DNA of 64,000 bases from Eledone cirrhosa (taxonomy: Eukaryota), in the NCBI GenBank assembly GCA_964016885.1, contig OZ024743.1, forward strand, positions 137,082,001-137,146,000, given 5' to 3'. The translations under genes and the position numbers were made by a program. The notes below the pieces were generated by a model. The model made no database searches. It had not been told where the DNA came from and saw nothing but the letters and a program-made list of their open reading frames with translations. Positions 43,290 to 55,949 of this stretch are shown piece by piece; the stretch's first letter is position 1; each line of letters begins with the position of its first letter.

Positions 43290-46200
43290 CCAAGCAGCAA
43301 GCACCAATCAGCAAACACCAAGAACCAAGCACCAAACACCAACCACCAAGCACCAAGTACATACACCAAGCACCAAACACCAAACACAAAACACCAAGCA
43401 CCAAGCACCAAGCACGAAACACCAAGCCCCAAGCACCAAGCACCAAACACCAAACACCAAGCACCAAACACAAAACACCAAGCACCAAGCACCAAGCAGC
43501 ACACACCCAGCATCAAACACCAAACACCAAACACCAAGCACCAAACACCAAACACCAAACACCAAGCACCAAGCACCAAGCACCAAACACCAAACAACAA
43601 GCACCAGGTACCAAGCACCAAACACCAAAAACCAAACACCAAGCACCAAGCACCAAGCACCAAACACCAAACACCAAGCACCAAGCACCAAGCACCAAAC
43701 ACCAAACAGCAAACACCAAACACCAAACAGCAAAAACCAAATACGAAACAGCAAACACCATACAGCAAACACCAAACACCAAAAAGCAGACACCAAACAC
43801 CAAACACCAAACACCAAGCACCAAGCACCAAGCACCAACCACCAAACCCCAAGCACCAAGCAACACACACTAATCACCAAGCACCAAGCACCAAACAACA
43901 AGCACCAAGCACCAAGCACCAAACACCAAGCACCAAGCACCAACCACCAACCACCCAGAACCTAGCACCAAGCACCAAACAGCAAGCACCAAACACCAAA
44001 CACCAAACACCAAGCACCAAGCACCAAGCACCAAACACCAAGCCCCAAGCACCAAGCACCAAACACCAAACACCAAGAACCAAGCACCAAACACCAAGCA
44101 CCAAGCACCAATCACAAAGAAAGAAACAACAAACAGCAAGCAGCAAGCACCAAACACCAAACACCAAGCACCAAACACCAAGCACCAAAAACCAAGCACC
44201 AAACACCAAACACTAAGTCCCACGCACTAAGCACCAAACACCAAACAGCAAGCACCAAGCACCAAACACCAAGCACCAAGCACCAACCCCCTAGCACCAA
44301 ACACCAAACACCAAGCACCAAGCACAAAACACCAAGCACCAATCACCATGCACGAAACACCAAGCAGCAAGCAGCAAGCACCAAACACCAAAACCAAGCA
44401 CCAAGCACCAAACACCAAACACCAAGCACCAAGCACCAAACACCTAACACCAAGCACCAAGCACCAAGCACCAAGCACCAAACACCAAGCACCAATCACC
44501 AAACACCAAGCACCAAGCACCAAACACCAAGCACCAGGCACCAAGCACCAAACACCAAGCACCAAACACCAAGCACCAAGCACCAAACACCAAGCACCAA
44601 GACCGAAGCACCAAACACCAAGCACCAAACTCCAAACACAAAACACCAAGCACCAAGCAGCAAGCACCAAACACCAAACACCAAGCACCAAGCACCAAAT
44701 ACCAAACACCAAGCACCAAGGACCAAACATCAAACACCAAGCACCAAGCACCAAACACCTAACACCAAGCACCAAGCACCAAGCCCCAAACACCAAGCAC
44801 CAAGCACCAAAGACCAAGCACCAAGCACCAAGCACCAAACACCAAGCACCAAGCACCAAACACCAAACCCCAAGCACCAAACACCAAACCGCAAGCACCA
44901 AGCACCAAACACTAATCACCAAGCACCAAGCACCAAACAACAAGCACCAAGCACCAAGCACCAGGCACCAAGCACCAAGCACCAAACACAAAACACCAAG
45001 CACCAAGCACCAAGCAGCAAACACCAAGCATCAAACACCAAACACCAAACACCAAGCACCAAACACCAAGCACCAAGCACCAAGCACCAAGCACCAAACA
45101 CCAAATACCAAGCACCAAGCACCAAACACCTAACACCAAGCACCAAGCACCAAGCACCAAGCACCAAACACCAAGCACCAATCACCAAACACCAAGCACC
45201 AAGCACCAAACACCAAGCACCAAACACCAGATACCAAGCACCAAGCACCAAACACAAAACACCAAGCACCAAGCAGCAAACACCAAACAACAAGCACCAG
45301 GCACCAAGCACCAAACACCAAACACCAAGCACGCAGCATCAAACACCAAGCACCAAGCACCAAGCACCAAACACAAATCACCAAGCACCAAGCACCAAGT
45401 ACCAAACACCAACCACCAAGCACCAAACACCAAACACCAAGCACCAAACACCAAGCACGAAACACCAGGCACCAAGCACCAAACACAAAACACCAAGCAC
45501 CAAACACCAGCCACCAAGCACCAAGCACCAAGCACCAAACACCAAACACCAATCACCAAGCACCAAGCACCAAGCACCAAACACCAAGCACCAAGCACCA
45601 AGCACAAAACACCAAGCACCAAGCACCAAACACCAAGCACCAAGCACCAAACACCAATCACCTAGCACCAAGCACCAAACACCAAACACCAAACACCAAG
45701 CACCAAGAACCAAACACCAAACACCAAACAGCAAGCACCAAGCACCAAACACCAAGCACCAAACACCAAACCCCAAGCACCAATCACCAAACACTAATCA
45801 CCAAGCACCAAGCACCAAACACCAAGCACCAAGCAGCAAGCACCAAACACCAAGCACCAAGCACCAAGCACCAAGCACCAAGCACCAAACACCAAGCACC
45901 AAGCACCAAACATCAAACACCAAACACCAAGCACCAAGCACCAAACAGCAAGCACCAAATACCAAGCACCAAACACCAAGCACCAAACACCAAGCCCCAC
46001 GCACCAAGCACCAAACACCAAACACCAAGCACCAAGCACCAAACACCAAGCACCAAGCACCAAGCCCCTAGCACCAAACACCAAACACCAATCAAAAAGC
46101 ACAAAACACCAAGCACCAATCACCAAGCACCAAACACCTAGCAGCAAGCAGCAAGCACCAAACACCAAACACAAAGCACCAAGCACCAAATACCAAACAC

Positions 46201-49200
46201 CAAGCACCAAGGTCCAAACATCAAACACCAAGCACCAAACGCCTAACACCAAGCACCAAGCACCAAGCACCAAGCAGCAAACACAAAACACCAAGCACCA
46301 AGCACCAAGCAGCAAACACCAAACACCAAGCACCATGCACCAAGCACCAAACACCAAACACCAAGCACCAAACACCAGATACCAAGCACCAAGCACCAAA
46401 CACCAAACACCAAGCACCAAGCACCAAACACCAAACAACAAGAACCAGGCACCAAGCACCAAACACCAAACACCAAGCACCAAGCACCAAACACCAAACA
46501 CCAAGCACGCAGCATCAAACACCAAGCACCAAGCACCAAGCACCAAAGACCAAGCACCAAGCACCAAGCACCAAGTACCAAACACCAAACACCAAGCACC
46601 AAACACCAAACACCAAGCACCAAGCACCAAGCACGAAACATCAGGCACCAAGCACCAAGCACCAAAACACCAAACACCAAGCACCAAACACCAGCCACCA
46701 AGCACCAAGCACCAAACACCAAACACCAAGCACTATGCACCAAACACCAAACAACAAGCACCAGGCACCAAGCACCAAACGCCAAACAGCAAGCACGCAG
46801 CACCAAACACCAAGCACCAAGCACCAAGCACCAAACACCAAGCACCAAGCACCAAGCACCAAACACCAAACACCAAACACCAAGCACCAAGAACCAAACA
46901 CCAAACACCAAACAGCAAGCACCAAGCACCAAACACCAAGCACCAAACAACAAACCCCAAGCACCAAGCACAAAGCCCCTAGCACCAAACACCAAACACC
47001 AATCAAAAAGCACAAAACACCAAGCACCAATCACCAAGCACCAAACACCAAGCAGCAAGCAGCAAGCACCAAACACCAAACACCAAGCACCAAGCACCAA
47101 ATACTAAACACCAAGCACCAAGGTCCAAATATCAAACACCAAGCAGCAAACGCCTAACACCAAGCACCAAGCACCAAGCACCAAGCACCAAACACAAAAC
47201 ACCAAGCACCAAGCACCAAGCAGCAAACACCAAGCATCAAACACCAAGCACCAAGCACCAAACACCAAACACCAAGCACCATGCACCAAGCACCAAACAC
47301 CAAACACCAAGCACCAAACACCAGATACCAAGCACCAAGCACCAAACACCAAACACCAAACACCAAGCACCAAACACCAAACAACAAGAACCAGGCACCA
47401 AGCACCAAACACAAAAACACCAAGCACCAAGCACCAAACACCAAACACCAAGCACGCAGCATCAAACACCAAGCACCAAGCACCAAGCACCAAAGACCAA
47501 GCACCAAGCACCAAGCACCAAGTACCAAACACCAAACACCAAGCACCAAACACCAAACACCAAGCACCAAGCACCAAGCACAAAACACCAGGCACCAAGC
47601 ACCAAGCACAAAACACCAAACACCAAGCACCAAACACCAGCCACCAAGCACCAAGCACCAAACACCAAACACCAAGCACTATGCACCAAACACCAAACAA
47701 CAAGCACCAGGCACCAAGCACCAAGCACCAAACACCAAGCACGCAGCACCAAACACCAAGCACCAAGCACCAAACACCAAACACCAAGCAGCAAGCACCA
47801 ATCAGCAAACACCAAGAACCAAGCACCAAACACCAACCACCAAGCACCAAGTACATACACCAAGCACCAAACACCAAACACAAAACACCAAGCACCAAGC
47901 ACCAAGCACGAAACACCAAGCCCCAAGCACCAAGCACCAAACACCAAACACCAAGCACCAAACACAAAACACCAAGCACCAAGCACCAAGCAGCACACAC
48001 CCAGCATCAAACACCAAACACCAAACACCAAGCACCAAACACCAAACACCAAACACCAAGCACCAAGCACCAAGCACCAAACACCAAACAACAAGCACCA
48101 GGTACCAAGCACCAAACACCAAAAACCAAACACCAAGCACCAAGCACCAAGCACCAAACACCAAACACCAAGCACCAAGCACCAAGCACCAAACACCAAA
48201 CAGCAAACACCAAACACCAAACAGCAAAAACCAAATACGAAACAGCAAACACCATACAGCAAACACCAAACACCAAAAAGCAGACACCAAACACCAAACA
48301 CCAAACACCAAGCACCAAGCACCAAGCACCAACCACCAAACCCCAAGCACCAAGCAACACACACTAATCACCAAGCACCAAGCACCAAACAACAAGCACC
48401 AAGCACCAAGCACCAAACACCAAGCACCAAGCACCAACCACCAACCACCCAGAACCTAGCACCAAGCACCAAACAGCAAGCACCAAACACCAAACACCAA
48501 ACACCAAGCACCAAGCACCAAGCACCAAACACCAAGCCCCAAGCACCAAGCACCAAACACCAAACACCAAGAACCAAGCACCAAACACCAAGCACCAAGC
48601 ACCAATCACAAAGAAAGAAACAACAAACAGCAAGCAGCAAGCACCAAACACCAAACACCAAGCACCAAACACCAAGCACCAAAAACCAAGCACCAAACAC
48701 CAAACACTAAGTCCCACGCACTAAGCACCAAACACCAAACAGCAAGCACCAAGCACCAAACACCAAGCACCAAGCACCAACCCCCTAGCACCAAACACCA
48801 AACACCAAGCACCAAGCACAAAACACCAAGCACCAATCACCATGCACGAAACACCAAGCAGCAAGCAGCAAGCACCAAACACCAAAACCAAGCACCAAGC
48901 ACCAAACACCAAACACCAAGCACCAAGCACCAAACACCTAACACCAAGCACCAAGCACCAAGCACCAAGCACCAAACACCAAGCACCAATCACCAAACAC
49001 CAAGCACCAAGCACCAAACACCAAGCACCAGGCACCAAGCACCAAACACCAAGCACCAAACACCAAGCACCAAGCACCAAACACCAAGCACCAAGACCGA
49101 AGCACCAAACACCAAGCACCAAACTCCAAACACAAAACACCAAGCACCAAGCAGCAAGCACCAAACACCAAACACCAAGCACCAAGCACCAAATACCAAA

Positions 49201-52200
49201 CACCAAGCACCAAGGACCAAACATCAAACACCAAGCACCAAGCACCAAACACCTAACACCAAGCACCAAGCACCAAGCCCCAAACACCAAGCACCAAGCA
49301 CCAAAGACCAAGCACCAAGCACCAAGCACCAAACACCAAGCACCAAGCACCAAACACCAAACCCCAAGCACCAAACACCAAACCGCAAGCACCAAGCACC
49401 AAACACTAATCACCAAGCACCAAGCACCAAACAACAAGCACCAAGCACCAAGCACCAGGCACCAAGCACCAAGCACCAAACACAAAACACCAAGCACCAA
49501 GCACCAAGCAGCAAACACCAAGCATCAAACACCAAACACCAAACACCAAGCACCAAACACCAAGCACCAAGCACCAAGCACCAAGCACCAAACACCAAAT
49601 ACCAAGCACCAAGCACCAAAAACCTAACACCAAGCACCAAGCACCAAGCACCAAGCACCAAACACCAAGCACCAATCACCAAACACCAAGCACCAAGCAC
49701 CAAACACCAAGCACCAAACACCAGATACCAAGCACCAAGCACCAAACACAAAACACCAAGCACCAAGCAGCAAACACCAAACAACAAGCACCAAGCACCA
49801 AACACCAAACACCAAGCACGCAGCATCAAACACCAAGCACCAAGCACCAAGCACCAAACACCAATCACCAAGCACCAAGCACCAAGTACCAAACACCAAC
49901 CACCAAGCACCAAACACCAAACACCAAGCACCAAACACCAAGCACGAAACACCAGGCACCAAGCACCAAACACCAAACACCAAGCACCAAACACCAGCCA
50001 CCAAGCACCAAGCACCAAGCACCAAACACCAAACACCAAGCACTAAGCACCAAACACCAAACAACAAGCAGCAGGCACCAAGCACCAAACACCAAACACC
50101 AAGCACGCAGCACCAAACACCAAGCACCAAGCACCAAACACCAATCACCTAGCACCAAGCACCAAACACCAAACACCAAACACCAAGCACCAAGAACCAA
50201 ACACCAAACACCAAACAGCAAGCACCAAGCACCAAACACCAAGCACCAAACACCAAACCCCAAGCACCAATCACCAAACACTAATCACCAAGCACCAAGC
50301 ACCAAACACCAAGCACCAAGCAGCAAGCACCAAACACCAAGCACCAAGCACCAAGCACCAAGCACCAAGCACCAAACACCAAGCACCAAGCACCAAACAT
50401 CAAACACCAAACGCCAAGCACCAAGCACCAAACAGCAAGCACCAAATACCAAGCACCAAACACCAAGCACCAAACACCAAGCCCCACGCACCAAGCACCA
50501 AACACCAAACACCAAGCACCAAGCACCAAACACCAAGCACCAAGCACCAAGCCCCTAGCACCAAACACCAAACACCAATCAAAAAGCACAAAACACCAAG
50601 CACCAATCACCAAGCACCAAACACCTAGCAGCAAGCAGCAAGCACCAAACACCAAACACAAAGCACCAAGCACCAAATACCAAACACCAAGCACCAAGGT
50701 CCAAACATCAAACACCAAGCACCAAACGCCTAACACCAAGCACCAAGCACCAAGCACCAAGCAGCAAACACAAAACACCAAGCACCAAGCACCAAGCAGC
50801 AAACACCAAACACCAAGCACCATGCACCAAGCACCAAACACCAAACACCAAGCACCAAACACCAGATACCAAGCACCAAGCACCAAACACCAAACACCAA
50901 GCACCAAGCACCAAACACCAAACAACAAGAACCAGGCACCAAGCACCAAACACCAAACACCAAGCACCAAGCACCAAACACCAAACACCAAGCACGCAGC
51001 ATCAAACACCAAGCACCAAGCACCAAGCACCAAAGACCAAGCACCAAGCACCAAGCACCAAGTACCAAACACCAAACACCAAGCACCAAACACCAAACAC
51101 CAAGCACCAAGCACCAAGCACGAAACACCAGCCACCAAGCACCAAGCACCAAACACCAAACACCAAGCACTATGCACCAAACACCAAACAACAAGCACCA
51201 GGCACCAAGCACCAAACGCCAAACAGCAAGCACGCAGCACCAAACACCAAGCACCAAGCACCAAGCACCAAACACCAAGCACCAAGCACCAAGCACCAAA
51301 CACCAAACACCAAACACCAAGCACCAAGAACCAAACACCAAACACCAAACAGCAAGCACCAAGCACCAAACACCAAGCACCAAACACCAAACCCCAAGCA
51401 CCAAGCACAAAGCCCCTAGCACCAAACACCAAACACCAATCAAAAAGCACAAAACACCAAGCACCAATCACCAAGCACCAAACACCAAGCAGCAAGCAGC
51501 AAGCACCAAACACCAAACACCAAGCACCAAGCACCAAATACCAAACACCAAGCACCAAGGTCCAAATATCAAACACCAAGCACCAAACGCCTAACACCAA
51601 GCACCAAGCACCAAGCACCAAGCACCAAACACAAAACACCAAGCACCAAGCACCAAGCAGCAAACACCAAGCATCAAACACCAAGCACCAAGCACCAAAC
51701 ACCAAACACCAAGCACCATGCACCAAGCACCAAACACCAAACACCAAGCACCAAACACCAGATACCAAGCACCAAGCACCAAACACCAAACACCAAGCAC
51801 CAAGCACCAAACACCAAACAACAAGAACCAGGCACCAAGCACCAAACACAAAAACACCAAGCACCAAGCACCAAACACCAAACACCAAGCACGCAGCATC
51901 AAACACCAAGCACCAAGCACCAAGCACCAAAGACCAAGCACCAAGCACCAAGCACCAAGTACCAAACACCAAACACCAAGCACCAAACACCAAACACCAA
52001 GCACCAAGCACCAAGCACAAAACACCAGGCACCAAGCACCAAGCACAAAACACCAAACACCAAGCACCAAACACCAGCCACCAAGCACCAAGCACCAAAC
52101 ACCAAACACCAAGCACTATGCACCAAACACCAAACAACAAGCACCAGGCACCAAGCACCAAGCACCAAACACCAAGCACGCAGCACCAAACACCAAGCAC

Positions 52201-52220
52201 CAAGCACCAAACACCAAACA
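43290..52220 (+). repeat. Higher-order tandem duplication, period 4494 bp decreasing to 4437 bp (2 copies)
   Basis: ORF pairs 43308/47802 and 44348/48842 (4494), 45794/50281 and 46335/50822 (4487), 46733/51170 and 47154/51591 (4437). AAAGAAA landmark at 44120/48614. Confidence 0.92.
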
Positions 52221-55200
52221 CCAAGCACCAAGCACCAAGCACCAAACACCAAACAGCAAGCACCAAGCACCAAACACCAAGCACCAAACACCAAACCCCA
52301 AGCACCAATCACCAAACACTAATCAACAAGCACCAAGCACCAAACACGAAGCACCAAGCAGCAAGCACCAAACACCAAGCACCAAGCACCAAGCACCAAG
52401 CACCAAACACCAAGCACCAAGCACCAAACACCAAACGCCAAGCACCAAAGACCAAGCACCAAGCACCAAGGACCAAACACCAAGCACCAAGCACCAAGCA
52501 CCAAACACCAAGCACCAAGCACCAAACACCCAGCACCAAGCACCAAGCACCAAACACCAAGCACCAAGCACCAAACACCAAACACCAAACACCAAGCACC
52601 AAGCACCAAACAGCAAGCACCAAACACCAAACAACAAACAGCAAACGCCAAACACCAAGCACCAAGCACCAAGCACCAAACACCAAGCACCAAGCACCAA
52701 GCACAAATCAGCAAACACCAAGCACCAAGGACCAAACATCAAACACCAAGCACCAAGCACCAAACACCAAACACCAATCACCAAGCACCAAGCACAAAGC
52801 ACCGAACACCAAGCACCAAGCACCAAGCACCAAACACCAAGCACCAAACACCAAGCACCAGGCACCAAGCACCAAACACCAAGCACCAAGCACGAAGCAC
52901 CAAACACCAAGCACCAAACACCAAACACTTAACACCAAGCACCAAGCACCAAGCACCAAACACCAAGCACCAAACACCAAACACCAAGCACCAAGTATCA
53001 AACACCAGGCACCAAGCACCAAACACCAAGCAGCAAGCACCAATCACCAAACACCAAGAACCAAGCACCAAATACCAACTACCAAGCACCAAGTACATAC
53101 ACCAAGCACCAAACACCAAACACAAAACACCAAGCACCAAACACCGAGCACCAAACACCAGATACCAAGCACCAAGCACCAAACACCAAACAACAAGCAC
53201 CAGGCACAAAGCACCATACACCAAACACCAAGCAGCAAGCACCAACCACCAAACACCAAGCACGCAGCATCAAACACCAAGCACCAAGCACCAAGCAACA
53301 AACACCAAGCACCAAGCACCAAGTACCAAACACCAACCACCAAGCACCAAACACCAAACACCAAGCACCAAGCACCAAGCACGAAACACCAGGCACCAAG
53401 CACCAAGCACCAAACACCAAGCACCAAACACCAAACACCAAGCACCAAGTATCAAACACCAAGCACCAAGCACCAAACACCAAGCAGCAAGCACCAATCA
53501 CCAAACACCAAGAACCAAGCACCAAACACCAACCACCAAGCACCAAGTACATACACCAAGCACCAAACACCAAACACAAAACACCAAGCACCATGCACCA
53601 AGCACGAAACACCAGGCACCAAGCACCAAGCACCAAACACCAAGCACCAAACACCAAACACCAAGCACCAAGTATCAAACACCAAGCACCAAGCACCAAA
53701 CACCAAGCAGCAAGCACCAATCACCAAACACCAAACACCAAGCACCAAACACAAAACACCAAGCACCAAGCACCAAGCAGCACACACCCAGCATCAAACA
53801 CCAAACACCAAACACCAAGCACCAAACACCAAACACCAAACAACAAGCACCAAGCACCAAGCACCAAACACCAGACACCAAGCACCAATCACCAAACACT
53901 AATCACCAAGCACCAAGCACCAAACATCAAGCACCAAGCAGCAAGCACCAAACACCAAGCACCAAGCACCAAGCACCAAGCACCAAGCACCAATCACCAA
54001 ACACCAAGCACCAAGCACCAAACACCAAGCACCAGGCACCAAGCACCAAACACCAAGCACCAAACACCAAGCACCAAGCACCAAACACCAAGCACCAAGA
54101 CCGAAGCACCAAACACCAAGCACCAAACTCCAAACACAAAACACCAAGCACCAAGCAGCAAGCACCAAGCACCAAACACCAATCACCTAGCACCAAGCAC
54201 CAAACACCAAACACCAAACACCAAGCACCAAGAACCAAACACCAAACACCAAACAGCAAGCACCAAGCACCAAACACCAAGCACCAAACACCAAACCCCA
54301 AGCACCAATCACCAAACACTAATCACCAAGCACCAAGCACCAAACACCAAGCACCAAGCAGCAAGCACCAAACACCAAGCACCAAGCACCAAGCACCAAG
54401 CACCAAGCACCAAGCAACAAGCACCAAACACCAAGCACCAAACACCAAACCCCAAGCACCAATCACCAAACACTAATCACCAAGCACCAAGCACCAAACA
54501 CCAAGCACCAAGCAGCAAGCACCAAACACCAAGCACCAAGCACCAAGCACGAAACACCAGGCACCAAGCACCAAGCACAAAACACCAAACACCAAGCACC
54601 AAACATCAGCCACCAAGCACCAAGCACCAAACACCAAACACCAAGCACTATGCACCAAACACCAAACAACAAGCACCAGGCACCAAGCACCAAACGCCAA
54701 ACACCAAGCACGCAGCACCAAACACCAAGCACCAAGCACCAAGCACCAAACACCAAGCACCAAGCACCAAGCACCAAACACCAAACACCAAACACCAAGC
54801 ACCAAGAACCAAACCCCAAACACCAAACAGCAAGCACCAAGCACCAAACACCAAGCACCAAACACCAAACCCCAAGCACCAATCACCAAACACTAATCAA
54901 CAAGCACCAAGCACCAAACACGAAGCACCAAGCAGCAAGCACCAAACACCAAGCACCAAGCACCAAGCACCAAGCACCAAACACCAAGCACCAAGCACCA
55001 AACACCAAACCCCAAGCACCAAAGACCAAGCACCAAGCACCAAGCACCAAGCACCAAACACCAAGCACCAAGCACCAAACACCCAGCACCAAGCACCAAG
55101 CACCAAACACCAAGCACCAAGCACCAAACACCAAACACCAAACACCAAGCACCAAGCACCAAACACCCAGCACCAAGCACCAAGCACCAAACACCAAGCA

Positions 55201-55949
55201 CCAAGCACCAAACACCAAACACCAAACACCAAGCACCAAACACCAAACACCATACAGCAAACACCAAACACCAAAATGCAGACACCAAACACCAAACACC
55301 AAACACCAAGCACCAAGCACCAAGCACCAACCACCAAACCCCAAGCACCAAGCAACACACACTAATCACCAAGCACCAAGCACCAAACAACAAGCACCAA
55401 GCACCAAGCACCAAACACCAAGCACCAAGCACCAACCACCAACCACCCAGAACCTAGCACCAAGCACCAAACAGCAAGCACCAAACACCAAACACCAAAC
55501 ACCAAGCACCAAGCACCAAGCACCAAACACCAAGCCCCAAGCACCAAGCACCAAACACCAAACACCAAGCACCAAGCACCAAACACCAAACACCAAGCAC
55601 CAAGGACCAAACATCAAACACCAAGCACCAAGTACCAAACACCTAACACCAAGCACCAAGCACCAAGCCCCAAACACCAAGCACCAAGCACCAAAGACCA
55701 AGCACCAAGCACCAAGCACCAAACACCAAGCACCAAGCACCTAACACCAAACCCCAAGCACCAAACACCAAACCGCAAGCACCAAGCACCAAACACTAAT
55801 CACCAAGCACCAAGCACCAAACAACAAGCACCAAGCACCAAGCACCAGGCACCAAGCACCAAGCACCAAACACAAAACACCAAGCACCAAGCACCAAGCA
55901 GCAAACACCAAGCATCAAACACCAAACACCAAACACCAAGCACCAAACA

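Noticed and set aside
9415-53902. Long plus-strand ORFs (750, 624, 636 and 1026 aa) resembling mucin-like or RNA polymerase II CTD-like heptad proteins
   Set aside because: Stops need T, which is nearly absent on this strand, so long ORFs are expected. There is no non-repetitive domain, signal peptide or frame preference, and the heptad is not YSPTSPS.
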